Of a stretch of DNA of 64,000 nucleotides, positions 1 to 13,451 are shown in pieces (within the stretch, counting starts at the first letter, position 1; each line of letters opens with the position of its first letter). The position numbers and the translations under genes are program-made. The notes below the pieces were generated by a model that saw only the letters and a program-made list of their open reading frames with translations, did no database searches and had not been told where the DNA came from. Origin of the DNA: Fistulifera solaris (taxonomy: Eukaryota); NCBI GenBank assembly GCA_030295235.1, contig AP026123.1, forward strand, positions 1,488,001 through 1,552,000. Reading direction: 5' to 3'.

Positions 1-1638
1 GAACTTAGCAGTAAGCGCTAGTATTTGGGAGCTGGAGAACCTCTGGAATTTAAAAGCTTTAAACGATTCTTCCCTAGCTGTTATTCCTACTTCAACATTA
101 GGTGTCGTTGCTTCAATGGTCATCATCCGTCACTACGAGAAAAGCATGATTTGAAACATGAAGACGATCTTGAATATTGAAGCAGTACTAGTGATTCCGG
201 TCATCAAAACGATCGACTACCAGGGCCCAATGATCCCGCGCGGTGGACTTCCATGTACATAGGTTCACATCTTGAGCCTCTGATCGCTCATCGATACTTT
301 ACTATGCGGGGAGGCCATTTTAATCGCTCCCAACTGCGTCGATCATCCTTTGTAGTTGTCAGGTCTCTCTGTGTCGAGCAAGATCAATCGACACCTCGTT
401 AGAACAACGTACTTTCAATTCTACAGGCAGTCCATTCCGTTTTCCGTTTGATTCGCTGGGTAGAGATCGTTTGGGTGGCGCCTTTTTGCCATTCGGTAGT
501 TGTAGAACAAACCCATCAATCCTAGTTCAGCACATTAAGACAACCGTTGGCATAGAACACAAGCTTGAACTGCCGTCTCGCGAGGCCCAATTATCCTTCG
601 TCTCGCACTTCAACAACTTAACGCCTCTCGTCGAAGTAAGAATAAATAAATAACTTTGATGTTATATTTTAAGTCCTATCCACGTTATAGGTGGTTACTT
701 ATTTCATTAATCCGCTAGAACTGATTCAGACTGGTTGCCTCAAGAGACATCCGCTGGCTGACCGGGAACCACCCCCAAGATTCTCATCTACGGCGCGGAG
801 CGCACCAAGATCAAACCGACCCACTACCGTATCGAACCCAGCCCCTCCACAAACGAACCTGGAGAGTAACCATCTGTGCTCGTTGGCTAGTGATTCGAGC
901 ACGAACAGCAAATGCGACAAAGATTAATCCGACGAACTAATCTCCTGCTAACTTATCGTCAAGCTATATAGGCATGCTGGTTAGTTATTTAAAATTGAGC
1001 CACGCCCCGATGGCGACCGTAATGTATATCAACGGTCTCTCTGTCGAGGCGAGGGGCGTCGACAAATGACATAAAAAACAAGAAGAAGACGACAGGGGGC
1101 GCTTTTTACGTCCCGTAGCGCAAACATAGTATGTTATCTACTATGTGTGATAATATTGTTACAAAGACTACCAAGGACTGGAGGATTATCCTTCCAGAAG
1201 TCGACGATTTCTTCACATGTTATTGCAGAAAAGAATGGGGCAAAAATCATGGGCAACCGCCTTGCATTTTTCGGCCAAAAAACACGGTTTGGATACACTA
1301 GCTACAAAAGTACAGTTTTATGTCATGTAATTATTTAGTGTACAGGTTGTTTTGGAGCGGTACTACTTTTGTTTTCATGTCGTAGTGTGATTAAAAAATG
1401 TCGTCGAGGGTGCACGGACAGACTGGACCCACATAAAGGATTCGTGACTAAAACTGATAGAAGCAAAGCATCCGGGACAGAAACCTTGTACGTAGAATTA
1501 CGTAGAAAATGTACTGGGCGCGGTTGGCTTATTTCTCCCACCGCAGCAGTAGCTCCGCGCTGGTTACGATGATCGATCGAAGCTTGATCATTCAATGAAT
1601 AAACATATTTTCTTTTGCATTGAAAAATCTCATAAATC

Positions 1639-3770
1639 ATGGACTTCTCTTCAATTCCTCGTGCCATCGACAGCTTGCAGCGCCGGCAGCCACCGTTGGA
1701 TGCGGCGATCTTGAGACGGCCGAACAGATGCGCAACGCGACCGACCCGGAGCTCGTGACGCGTGCGGCAGAACGTTTACTCGAAGATGCAACGCGATGGG
1801 AATCCTTAGCTGTTGGTTTGCTCGTAGCGACGGAACTTTTAACGCAAACGAAGAAAGGAGCTGTGTACATGGAAGGACCTCGTGTCCCTTCGACGGATAC
1901 CGCACCGATCTACACTCTCCCCGAACTCAGCGAGGAACAGCAAACGCAGCTTTGCAACACGTTGCACCGTATTTCGATGGAACATCTAGAGCACCCGGAA
2001 CCCCGTGTTCGTACCATGGTAGCCAAAGCGATTGCTGCCTATGTCGTCAAGAGCTCGTCGGAAGTTCGACAGGGATTGCATGCACGTCTCATAGGGTCGA
2101 TTCATCAGCACATTCAACAAGGACGAGACGATGCTGCTTCCAAATACAGTCGCAGTTCGACGGGAGCCTTGGATGATACGACGGGTTGGAGAGCTCTTGA
2201 AACGAACTGGCAGTGTCTGGCGTCTCAGATCAGCGCTATGGGCAGTGATTACTGGCGCGAATTCCCCTGCACGGATGATCTCCTCAGTGATGTGGAATAT
2301 TCCTGCGTGACTCATGTCAATCGCCATGTGCGTGCGGCGGGTATGGCCGTTCTAGAGCAAGGCGTCATTGCGGCTGCGGAGTACGATGACATTTTGCAAG
2401 GCCCGCTGCGAAAGACGATCAAAGCCGTCATCAAGACGGGCTTAGCGGATAACTGGTCCCAAGTCCGCATGGCGGCTAGTGTGTTATGTCGCGTGTTCTT
2501 GATCACTTTACAGAACAAAGGAGATACTTTGGACGACATCTTTCCCGTCTTGCTGCCGCGGATGTGTCTGAACCGCTTTTACCTCGCGCAAGGTGTCCGA
2601 TTGTACAGTCATGAAACCTGGAAACTAGTTTTCCCTACGCAAGGACTCGAGCTCGTGGTGCAATATTTGCCGGCGGTCGTGCGCTACTACGTTCAGATGT
2701 GCGATGCTGACAACCACGCAGTCCGTGAAGCCGCGTGTCAAGCCATTGCCGAACTGGCGGTGCGCCTGGGCAGTCATCCAGAACACCGAGAAGTTTTGGC
2801 GGATCATGTCTCTACTTTACTACAGGCGCTCATCATGTGTTTCCACGATGAGTCGTGGCCTGTACGCGATGAAGCTTGCATGGCCACGGGCACGTTGTGC
2901 AAATGCTTTCCGGAAGATTGCCGTCCTGAATTCAAGTTGCTGTGGGCGCGTTGGACGGAGCAGCTGACGGATCAGATTTGGTCCGTTCGTCGTGACGCTG
3001 CTGTTGCTTTGGGTGACGCATTAGATGCGTACGGTGACGAAGTGTGGAAGCTGTTGGAGAAAGACCTAATTCCCAAGATATTGCCCGCCGCGCGCGATCA
3101 GCCCGCAATGACGGCTGCTGAATACAAGGCCCATGTCAACGACATTGAAAAGCACACCGGAGCTCAGCTTTACAGCTGCGGTAGCCTGGCACCGAAATTG
3201 GGAAAGAATCGCAAAGACGGCGCGGGGCGCATTGGTTGTTCTAGTTGCGGTATCGATCGTCCCAAAGCGCCATGGGAGGCTACCGATGGGTGTATCTACT
3301 TGCTGAAAGAATTGTGCATCAAATCTGAAACCCACGCCGAGCTAAATGATAAAGTTCTGCTTCCACTTCTGACGGAACTTGCCGATGTGTGCCGTGTTCA
3401 GCATTTTCCGCAGTCTGATGAACTTCGCACGACTTTGTTCAAACAACTTCCGGAAATGGCTCACGCTTTAGGGAAGCAGCGCTTCAAAGGTTTGTATCTG
3501 GAGGTGTTCCAGGACCTCATGTTTCGTACGATTGAAAGTCGAAGTGCATCGGCACTTGCTCAGCATGCTGCTCGTCAATGCGCTCTCGAATTGGCGCATT
3601 TGATTGGCCCCGCAATCTTTCGTGCTCGACTCGCAGATGAGATGCAACAGCGCGCCTTCGATGAAATCATGCGTGAAGAGAAAAGTGGAGATGGCAAAAT
3701 GATGGATGACCCGGCTTTCTCGCCATTCGGACCTCCAGGGTTGATCGGTTCTGCCCCTTTTCCTCATTAA
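1639..3770 (+). CDS. HEAT/ARM-repeat protein, uncharacterised
   Basis: ORF of over 700 codons with repeated HEAT-like motifs (DNWSQVRMAAS, DNHAVREAAC, DESWPVRDEAC, DQIWSVRRDAA). Likely true ATG at 1639 (MDFSSIPRAID...), joined by a 1-nt frameshift near 1712. Confidence 0.8.
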
Positions 3771-3948
3771 AAGTTAAAACTTACATAATATTATATTGTG
3801 AAAAATTTAAGACTCTATCGGCAATTATATATGTATAGAATGCTCACTTTCTGCCAGTCAAGCTTGTCGAAATACAAAATATCCGAGGAAAAATCCGCTG
3901 TCCTTGGAAGAACTACCAGGTGTGCTCGTGAAGCTTACAGCGCCACCA

Positions 3949-4359
3949 TTACTTAACACAGTTACTCGCATTTTTCTTTTGAAGAAAAGCCGGAAAGAAA
4001 GATGTAGCATTCTTCTGTGGGGGTAAAGACGCCTGTTTCGGTGGCTTAGGAGCTTGCTCTAAAGCTCGTTTCTCGTCTTCCTTGGGTGTCGTGGCTGGAT
4101 CCCCACGAACGATTTTCGACGACTCGTCTTCGTTCATCGCTGGAGTCTCATTCAAAGCCGGAAAGGTACCGAAAAATTCCCCTTGTCCACAACTTACGGA
4201 AGGCTGTCGAGCGCGGCGACTCGGAGTACTGGGCACGCTCGATGATCCGCCGAAGAACGCATTGCTTCGCTCATCTCCAGCATAAGTGAGACTTGCCGTC
4301 TTCACTCTGCGGCGTTCGCGCGTTGGGGTGCAAGGTGGTTTGTCCCTGGTGTTTTCCAT
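3949..4359 (-). CDS. hypothetical low-complexity protein
   Basis: ATG-initiated 136-aa ORF rich in P/S/T/K that fits the gap between neighbouring genes. No recognisable domain. Confidence 0.45.
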   Translation of the reverse strand: MENTRDKPPCTPTRERRRVKTASLTYAGDERSNAFFGGSSSVPSTPSRRARQPSVSCGQGEFFGTFPALNETPAMNEDESSKIVRGDPATTPKEDEKRALEQAPKPPKQASLPPQKNATSFFPAFLQKKNASNCVK

Positions 4360-4897
4360 AGCAAAGAAAGGTTGCTCTCACTTATGCGGCTGTAGTTGCT
4401 TGCTGAAGAAGATTTTGTGAAAAGATAGAAGATATAATAGAGAACTGGCGAAAGAGTGAGAAAAGAGTTCTCGCTTTTTTTGTGATTGATTCTTGACACA
4501 GGTTTCTTGGTTCTTGCATGACATTGTACACTTACTGCTACGGTACAAAGGATCGTATCTATTTGGAAAGATTCTTTGTTGACGCACCTCTTTATTTTGT
4601 TGATGTGAGAATAAAATAAAAAGTACTTCAATAGAAGCTAGGTGGGCGAAGAGGTCGGAGTGGCATTAACGTTCAAATACTTAGGACTTAAAGCCTACTT
4701 TTTATACTCCGCTTGTCCTACTATAGCCGCAACAGTATACGACTTTTATCGCGACTGGATTTCAGTCATGAGGAAGACATCATGCAGCCATTCAAACTCA
4801 TTCCAACCGTCCGTCACACAAGAAATTTGTCCTCGCAACATCCTCACCTCGAACAACATTAGATCGAGAAGCTTATTCATTATAATATTGAATCAGC

Positions 4898-5668
4898 ATG
4901 ACCAAATTCCGACCCTGCATAGATCTTCATCAGGGACAAGTGAAACAGATTGTTGGTAGCACGCTTACCACCGAAGCGACGGACCTGGCTACCAATTTTA
5001 GCACAAACAAGCCAGCATCGGAATATGCGGCTCTTTATGCCAAAGACCAACTGACCGGAGGTCACGTCATTATGTTAGGACCGGGAAATACAGAAGCAGC
5101 GCAGTCGGCATTGAAAGCTTATCCCAATCATTTGCAAATCGGAGGAGGCATTGATGAAACAAACTGTCAAGAATGGATCGATTTGGGAGCTTCTCACGTC
5201 ATTATTACCTCTGCAGTGTTCAAAGATGGAAAGGTATACTGGGAGAAACTAGAACGTATTGTTGATTCGATAGGTAAAGAAAGACTGGTGTTGGATCTTT
5301 CTTGTCGCAAAAAGGATGGGGTCTATTATGTCGTGACGGATAAATGGCAGAAATTTACGGATTATCCTGTGACACCCGACAATCTCAAGGACTTGGCTCA
5401 ATATTGTGATGAATTTTTGGTGCACGGAGTGGATGTGGAGGGAAAGCAATGTGGGATTTTGGAAGATTTGGTCGAACTGTTAGGAGAACACTCGCCAGTC
5501 CCTGTGACCTACGCTGGCGGCGTTCGAAGTGTTGAGGATTTAGATTTAGTGCAACGACTTGGCCAGGGTAAAGTCGACATTACTGTCGGAAGTGCTCTTG
5601 ATATATTCGGAGGATCATTTCCTTATGACGACGTTGTAAAATGGCACAAGGAGAGAAACGCAGAGTGA
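4898..5668 (+). CDS. HIS6: ProFAR isomerase (histidine biosynthesis, eukaryotic His6 type)
   Basis: FRPCIDLHQGQVKQIVG, GGHVIMLG, LQIGGGI, LVLDLSCR, EFLVHGVDVEG, VTYAGG and TVGSALDIFGG motifs. Intact 256-aa ORF. Confidence 0.95.
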   Translation: MTKFRPCIDLHQGQVKQIVGSTLTTEATDLATNFSTNKPASEYAALYAKDQLTGGHVIMLGPGNTEAAQSALKAYPNHLQIGGGIDETNCQEWIDLGASHVIITSAVFKDGKVYWEKLERIVDSIGKERLVLDLSCRKKDGVYYVVTDKWQKFTDYPVTPDNLKDLAQYCDEFLVHGVDVEGKQCGILEDLVELLGEHSPVPVTYAGGVRSVEDLDLVQRLGQGKVDITVGSALDIFGGSFPYDDVVKWHKERNAE

Positions 5669-5817
5669 CAACCTTGGACGCGACGGTAAATTTTAATTAC
5701 TAGGTTCCACCCAGCTACGCCCAGAATAATCCCTGCCTTGCTATTAAACTTCGAATAAAATATGCTAGAGGTATTTCTCTTTTTTTCCTATTAGAGGCTG
5801 CTGTCGATTGTGATGAT

Positions 5818-6244
5818 TCACGGCTTGTTGCTTGCACTCTCGAGAGCCCTTTCTCTGGAAGCCGCCAGAAGCTGCTCTTGCTGGGCTCTATCTTCGACGG
5901 TAAAATTCGTCGAGCCTTTTCTTTTTCCTTTTTTCTGCCGGTGGCTTGGTATCAACCGCTTCGGTGGCTACTTCTATTAGATGCTGCAAACCCATTTCTT
6001 CCAGAGCCTGTTCCACGTGAGCTGTTTTCGCAATCAAACAATCTTCCGGTAACTGCAACTCACTTCCCAATCGCTCTAAGAAGCGCTCGTGGCACAAGAC
6101 AAGATATTGCAATGCCGCTGCGGTCACCTGGATGTCGCCGCTTTGTTCTAAGATCGATTCGACGCCACGACAAGACCAATTCAATCTTCCTGGAATGTTC
6201 GGAGCTTTTCGCTTTCGCAGTTTTAGACTCTTTGATCCGATCAT
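5818..6244 (-). CDS. histone-fold protein, NC2-beta/Dr1-like
   Basis: Histone-fold-like core ending AHVEQALEEMGL. After a frameshift near 5900-5935 it continues TVEDRAQQEQLLAASRERA..., resembling the Dr1 C-terminal 'QQxLFxxAR' helix, to a stop at 5818-5820. Confidence 0.55.
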
Positions 6245-6669
6245 GTTATTATTGAATGACACAGACACCGTTTGAACAATTACACGTTAAGAAAAAGAAT
6301 AAATATGGAGAAGATACGCATCAGAAGCAACAACCCGCCCTCGTCCTCGTCTCATTGCGTTTCACGTTTCGTCCGCCATTTGTCGGGGTTCGTGACTCAA
6401 CATGATTTCGAGTCGGGAGTTGAGGTCAGAATTCCATTTTTTAACTGTCAGAATTGTACTCTTTGAATGAGATTGCGCTGGCATTTATGTCGCTCGTTCG
6501 GAAGAACGAACGCTCGTCCCGTTTTTTCACTCCGTCGCATTTGCTGCGTTTATTATTTTGTAATAATGCAGACCGGTGAAGGCAAAAAGTGATAATCCAT
6601 CAATTCGGAATTTATTGTTGAGCAACAAGCTTTCTATCGACGCAAGGCTCTACATTCGATCGATCGAGA

Positions 6670-8686
6670 ATGTCAAATTTCGCCTACCCGCACATGCGGG
6701 CGGCGGAAGTCAACCACAATGGTCCTCGGTCGAAGTGTGATCAAGTCATTTATGAAGCGATCGCCAAGGCCTGCGAGATTGTCGTATCAAGTCGGGTAAC
6801 GCACGCGAGTGATGCGGGGAGCAGTCGCTTCAATCTGCATATTCCGGAAATCAGTCAAGTGCGATCGATTTTGCAGGCCTGGCGGCTGACGCTTCATGTA
6901 CCGATTCGTCTGGATGTTTATTATCAGCACGAAGGGGATCGGCGCGAATTGCTGGAACGGTGGTGTTTAGAATACAAGCCTACTTCGACCGAGCATTTTA
7001 TTCAGACCGAAGGAGTCGTCACTCAGGATCCTATCGTGCAACTGAGGCACGTTTGCAAACGAATTGTTTTATGGCTGCGAACTCTCTACTGCTGGACGAG
7101 ACTTTTGCCCGCGCAGGCATTGAACAAGAAAGGTGTCAAGTCACCGATTGGATTCTCCATTTACGTTAACTCGGAGAGAAAAGATGATATCACGGATTTA
7201 ACCCAAAATCAGGGCTTCCGATGGCAACGGCAGCCATCGTCAGTTGTTTCCCCCTTACGGCGAACTCGAATGGAAAGTCATTTACAGCTCTTCCGTCTCC
7301 CGGTTAGTAGCACTGCAAAAACCAACCAAATCCGTTGCTATATCGATTCCGGTCTCAAATACTCCCAGTCAGTCGGAATCAGATGGAAGGCAGATGATTC
7401 GACATTCTGCACCATCTCATTTCGCGACGATGCGAGCTAAGAGCTTCAACAGCTCGAACGATCATCATCTTACAAGACCAAGACTCATCAATGATCAGCA
7501 AAACACATACGATCCCTCTTCTTTCGTTCGTCCCGTGCACCATTCTACTACGGCGGCTGGATTTTCCCCGCACGGCGTATTGAAACGGCGTCATACCTCG
7601 GTTGGCCAAGAGAGTGCTCCTACGGTTGAAACAGGGAACCCTCAGGCCCCCGAGCGCATTCTCTCGGGTCTGTCTTTGGCGATGATGCCTTTGAATCAAG
7701 ACGACGATGATGACGATGACGAAAGCTTTAATATTCCAAGTGACGAACCAGAGCTGCCGTCCGATGCGGTAATTCGGCGACATGCGGCGTTGCATCAAGT
7801 TCCGTTGCACGTTCTGGAGCAACAACAGTCACATCATCACCCTGTACCTGCTTCACGGGAGTATGGCTACGGCTACAACAATCATATCGCGTGGCAAACC
7901 ATTCAACCTTCCATCTCAAAGCCAGTCGTCGGTCGCTCCTTTTCCGATCTGAGCGACAACAACAATACCTACAGTAAGACGCCAACTTATAGCTCGTCAT
8001 TCCTGGGAAGCACTCGGCCTTCCGCTGCATTTTTGGGTGCTACACCGCCAACTATTTCAAGCTTTCCGCGCCCTGGATCGACCATGATGACGCCTCCCTT
8101 CAAACCACGGCCGATGGGTTTTGTGCATGAACCGTTAAACGTCTCTTCGCTTATTCCTCCTCAAACCGGTGCCGCGCACAGCGTTGAGAACAAGTCTGGT
8201 CCTTTGCAACCGCAGACCTCGCTTGATCTGTTGCATTCGAGTCCATTTCAGCAACAAGCGCAACTCACGTCGTTGGTATCGTCATTTGCGGCATTCGCCG
8301 ATGGGACGGGTCTAAATTCATCGTTGGTGGATCGAACTCTGTGGAATAGTGGAGCACCGTCGCGCAGCCAGAGGGAAGACGACGAATTTTACGAAGAAGA
8401 TATTCCCTTTGCAGTCGAAGAAGATACGGTCAGCGCAACAATGAATCAAAGTCCTGGCTCGTCCCTCATGTACGCTTCATCTGCAGTTGCATCCTTTGCT
8501 CAGAAATGTACGGCGAGCCAAAGACTGAGCATTTTTGAGAGTGATGCGGCCGCTGATGTCGCAACCCCTCTGACGGACAATGTGGCCGACAAGCTGTCAG
8601 AGTTTCGGTCTTTTGATGCTTCGCTGCAGGCTTCAAGTAGATATGCAGGTGGCAATTCTTCAGCGGCTGTTTCCTTGCGAACATGA
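6670..8686 (+). CDS. ATG13: autophagy-related protein 13 (N-terminal HORMA domain plus disordered S/P-rich tail)
   Basis: IVVSSRV..RFNL, LLERWCLEY and KRIVLWLRTLYCWTRLLPA match the Atg13 HORMA pattern. ORFs 6670-7440 and 7244-8686 join by a frameshift at the tttccccc run near 7250. Confidence 0.8.
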
Positions 8687-9250
8687 TTTTTTCTGAGAAT
8701 GGTTTACGAATGATTTTATATAACTAGATGTATCTCAATACGCTTTGGTCGAAATCAGGATAGCATGATCATGCATGAATAAGTCTAGGTCAAACAAGAG
8801 GTAAACAAGAAACAAGACAGTGTGTCGCAATCTGCTTGTACAAGTGATAGTCTACTTTAATCGTTTCGTGTAAGCCTTAGAACCGTGATCGTGAAAACTA
8901 CTCGTGACTCATGACTTAGTGATAAGTGATGAACGTTGAACGCTGGCACGTGTTTATGTTCTACGAAAAACCTGTTATAGAAAAATGTACAAAAAGACGT
9001 ATCGGTTTCTTTTTTGTGCTTGCATTGCAGTACCGCGGTACATAAGCTTATGGTAAGAATTAAAATCAACGTTAAATAACCGTTACTGTGGATACTAAAA
9101 AATTAGCATTGACGCATCACATTCGGAATTCGGCCAAGAGGAAAATTATTACACTTTGGATACGAACTGGCCAACAACAAGGAGCGGAACATCGTTATTG
9201 CATCCACTTTCAGTGCGATTGAAAGAAGTGCTAAATTTGTGTTTTAAATC

Positions 9251-10184
9251 ATGAGGAGGCGCAAAACGACAAGTACGCCATCGTATCATGGCGATGAAAA
9301 GGACGAGATAAAATCGAAGGGCTCGGGTAGAGAGAGCCGCTTGGTTGTGTATGGCATTGCTATTTGCGTGTTGTATGTGCTTGCCCCCTCGGTCCACATA
9401 TCATGCGAGCATTACCTTTGCTTTTGAGTGGCAGAAAGCATGAGTTTTCCACCATTTTTCGTTATGACATACCATGGGCATGGGCAAAAGATGCGCACCG
9501 AGAAGTGTTTCCGGAAATGACCCCTACTTCCTTAGGTTCGAATTTCGACATTATCATTCAAGAGTACGATGCATACAGAAAGTTATATGGAGAAGCAACG
9601 AGTTTCGCTGATATTGACAAGAAGTATCAAGGTTTCAAAGACAAAGAGCCTTGGGGATCTCAGTTTTTGCGAGTTTATGGCGTAGACACGTGTTACGCAG
9701 ACTACTTTCCCAAAACAATGGAACTTTTCAATCATTGGGAGTATGAAGCTACTTCGATTATGATTTCCAGGCTTGCACCGGGTCAGACACTACCGGCGCA
9801 CCTTGGGCCTACCAAACTAGTCCTTCGCCATTTGATGGTATTGAAAGCGGACTTCGAACCCGAGCCTTCGGCCATCCATATTGGACCATGTTATACAAAA
9901 CCACAAAGCTGTGAACTAAAGAAGTACCCTTGGGAAAAGAAGGCCAGGAGCGTGTATTTGATGACTCTTTCTGGCACATGGCAGATAATCCCACACATAA
10001 GGAACGGATTGCACTGTTCACCGACGTGAAGCGTGAAATGAAAGGGTGGCGAGAGCAGCTGATTTACGATTTGATTATGTACGTCATCAGAGTCAGTACG
10101 TTTGAACCAAAGCATTCTATTGTGGAAAACACGAATCGTTTTTGCGAGGCTGCAAAACGCAAGCAATCGGGCCAATCAAGCTAG
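9251..10184 (+). CDS. aspartyl/asparaginyl beta-hydroxylase family (2OG-Fe(II)) protein
   Basis: ISRLAPGQTLPAHLGP..LRH..L and W..GQERVFDDSFWHMADN...RIALFTDV motifs, plus an N-terminal TM segment. Frameshifts near 9385 and 9935. Confidence 0.8.
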
Positions 10185-10369
10185 GTTAAAGCGTATTTTT
10201 GAGTGAGTTCAATAATTGTAACGTGACAGTCATCACCAAAACTCTACGCTCAATTTATTGCCTTTGGATGTAGATATTACTTCTACAGGGATTTAATGTC
10301 AAGCTACCTGAAATCTAGAGAACACGGGTGGAGCATAGAAGGCTCGCGTTTACTAATTGGATCATGGAG

Positions 10370-10762
10370 TCATGGCGTGCCAACTTTTGTGCTATCCTTG
10401 ATCGAAATGACAACGTCGTCACTCATTCCCTTTAAAAGCATCTGACCTTGATAATCGATGACCCCTCGTTTCTTTGCCGATTTTAGTGTCCCTACAAGAG
10501 CTTCGTAATAATTTGCAACTTGGTCATCGTCAAACAATTCTCCGAACTTGACCTGCGGCGAACCAGGTTCACCTATGCGTTGAATGTCCTGCACGAGTTG
10601 TCTGATTTCCTCATTTATGCGTTCCTTGTTGATTGAATAAGGGAATATGTTGAAATGAAAGGGAAATCAGATACTGTAGGCCAAGGAACAAGTACGGTAA
10701 TAATACGCGGTTCTCCCTACCTCCTGTTCCTTAATGACTTCATTCGATGTGACAATAGGCAT
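10370..10762 (-). CDS. Costars family protein (ABRACL-like)
   Basis: Exon 1 10762-10721 (MPIVTSNEVIKEQE), GT-AG intron 10720-10625, exon 2 ERINEEIRQLVQDIQRIG...VKFGELFDD...EALVGTLKSAKKRGVIDYQGQMLLKG. Confidence 0.9.
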
Positions 10763-11255
10763 TATGACTATTTAATTCGCTTTGCTGTAAGCTTTTTTAT
10801 CCAAGAGCCCGTTGCTGTTCTCACAGGTTGATTTTCATACCTCTTTGGCGTTGGATTAGAAAATAGGTCTAATTATGTCCGCCCCGTTATTGTTTTTGTT
10901 GTCTCTCTTTGTTGTGTGTTGTGTCTTTCGTCGTCCGTTGTAGGTTTTCAGGCTTTTAGCGGACAGCGGACAGGACTTGCTATCGAGTCCTCTGGATCCT
11001 GGATCTATAGAGAGAGCTAGTAAGCCGACAAATCCTAGAGTAATTCGACCGATTGTACTTTCTTGAGAAAAAAATAAGCGAGGGAAAAGCTCACACATAC
11101 TCCATATTTGATATAGACGTCTGAGTTTGAGCAGATGGTCTTGTAGCCCGAAATCGACGCACGTTGTAAGATAGGGCGCATCAAAAAGGATTAATGATTA
11201 CTTTGATTACTGGTCGACCAAGATGAAACGGGCTGGCTTGGCTCGGGCCGGGCTA

Positions 11256-11820
11256 TCAAGACGAAGCTTGCTCGTCGTAAGCTACTATAGAAGACTCACT
11301 GATATCAATGAAACGTTCCAATGAAGCGACGAATAAGTCGTAACTTTCCTTGAGCTCACTGGTGCTCAACTTTCTTCCCCCTCATTCCAACACTAGCGAG
11401 CGAGTCCAACTTCTCTAAACTGGTGATCATGGTCTTGTAATTTGTTAAGATATTGTCCGCATTCGGCCCATCTTCCGTTGCTTTAATTATAGTGGAGCAT
11501 GACTTGCGTAGATCCGAGATTGACTCCAACCGAAGAGCTGCTTTGATCCCTGTATAGTCATTCAACAAAACGGTGTCTTCCAGGTTGGTAATTTTCTTTC
11601 GAGCACGTTTGATCGCCCTCAAGGCTGCTGGTGCAGCAAGTTGACTCGTGACGTCGGCGCGGGCTAATGTTGGTACAAGCAGTACAGAGGCAACTGACAT
11701 TGAGCGTCCAAAGTTTTCAAAGAGAACTCGCCGTGTTGGTGGTCTTTCCTGAATTGAAAAACCGTTGGCAACGATGACGGAACAAGCCGCCAGGAGCAAA
11801 ATGGAAGAACGCGATGACAT
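11256..11820 (-). CDS. plastid thylakoid-lumen protein, PsbQ-like helical fold
   Basis: Signal peptide ending ANG-F, twin-Arg (TRRVLF), hydrophobic stretch and ARA cleavage site, then amphipathic helices. A frameshift near 11378 extends it (RKLSTSELKESYDLFVASLERFI...) to a stop at 11256. Confidence 0.6.
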
Positions 11821-12325
11821 CCTGTTCTGTCGTTCGAAGTATGTCATTTGGCAACCCGACTAGCTTCTTTTGTTCGTAGTGTGAAGACTGGAAATGGGCA
11901 GGAACGTCGACTTATATCACTGTATTCACGGGAAAACATCAAAAACAACAAAAAGGCGTTGCGGGTGCGAGTGCTGCGTTGACGATGAGTCATTCGACTG
12001 TCCTTGGTCCGGCTTCTCGGATTTCCACAACGATTGTCAAGACTGCAATGCAATCTGGTGCTATCCAATCTTCCTTCGTTCTAAGAACCTCTCCCTCTAG
12101 AGAGTCTAGGGTCTACTCTATGTTGTTTTCACACCACCAGTAAAGGAGGAATGCTGGGGAGTGGAGAACCAGAAGAATCATCATCGCTCTCTACCTCTAC
12201 CGTCTTACCTGGTACGTACCCTGTATTGTGTCCTGGTAGGAAGTTTTTTCCTTGGTTTTTCATCATAGTCCATTTTTTCCGAAAAGCAGGCAGAGTTTCT
12301 GTATATTTTATTACAACCTGTCCGG

Positions 12326-12405
12326 AAACGACGATAATATTCTGCCTCGCCGTAGGCTCTACGTAGAAACTTGTACTGAGAGGCAGAATTTTAACGTCCT
12401 TTCCC
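12326..12405. repeat. dispersed ~80-bp inverted-repeat (hairpin) element, copy 1
   Basis: Near-identical to 46398-46478. Arms ATTCTGCCTC (12339-12348) and GAGGCAGAAT (12380-12389) flank a shared 31-nt core. Confidence 0.85.
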
Positions 12406-13439
12406 CGCAATTTTCGGAACGAACACAGAAGTTCTACATGAAAAATGCTCCGTATGCATAATTTCTGAAAACTACACTGAATTTCTGAATGAGAATTATT
12501 ACGGAGTAGAGTATAATTCTCGTTTCCATTCTAGCGTCGCAGCTGCTTGTTGCTTTGATCATAGAATCATACATCATAGAGTCCGAATTTCGAAAAGGCT
12601 ACTAGTCCATTCCGCATCATTTCTGGAAGAAGACCCGTCCTCGTAAGCCTATTACCATGTAACCTTACAAGTATCCGTCCGTAGTGGTGACAAGCAGTCT
12701 CGACTCTTGACTTGATGATCAATACTACGGAGTAGCTATTACCTGTTACCTGTTAACCTATAGGTTTAAATTTTAAACTTGAGCCAGCTACTGATCGTGA
12801 AAGGCATTTTGTCCGGTTTGGTACAGGTGGGACGTTATGAAGTTTACAAATTACAAAAGACCTTGTCCATCAAGAAGAGAAGTCGAAATCGGACACGAGA
12901 CACGAGACACGAGACTTGCTAAATAATTGCCGCTTGCAAGCAATTAAGGACTTTGCCAATTTCACATGCGACACGCATCCTAAGATCAGATCCTCATGCA
13001 TTCGAATTCGCCCTTGTGTTGAGTTTTACTGCAGTTTCTCATTACAATGATAATGTTGGCGTCGAGACCCTATGCCACAGTCTATTGGTAGAGAGAATAA
13101 TATGCTCAGATCAGTAACCATGCTATGAAGCATTGAACGGAGGCAAGAGTTTGTAATGTTGCCATTCAGTCGATAAGAAAATAGATCCCGACCAGCTTCT
13201 CAACTTTCTAATTATTTCTGATACCCGGCTTTCATTCCGCTGAAGCGGCTAATAATAAAATCTCTTTATCAAATAATCACCTCATAAAGATCTTTTAGAA
13301 AAACCTGGAAGAAGCAACAGAATGATAGATTGCGGACAAATGCCAGTTGTACCAGGTACAGAAGGTTTCGAGCATCTCCGCTCCGGTATGAAAAAGTGGC
13401 TTTTGAACAAAAATAACGCGCAACGAATCATAGAACAAT

Positions 13440-13443
13440 AAAA
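13440..13443 (-). terminator. putative Pol III T4 terminator of the permuted tRNA
   Basis: TTTT on the minus strand, 8 nt after the end of the 5' half (trailer TCTGAATC-TTTT). Confidence 0.55.
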
Positions 13444-13451
13444 GATTCAGA

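Noticed and set aside
1..1600. Possible degenerate transposon or gene remnant at the window start
   Set aside because: Only short ORFs with no recognisable motif, LTR or terminal repeat, so no call can be supported.
7244..7262. Programmed ribosomal frameshifting in ATG13 and other split genes
   Set aside because: Breaks occur in many unrelated genes at homopolymers with no shared slippery or structural signal. Sequencing error is the simpler explanation.
12892..12914. GACACGA x3 microrepeat
   Set aside because: Too short to distinguish from ordinary slippage.
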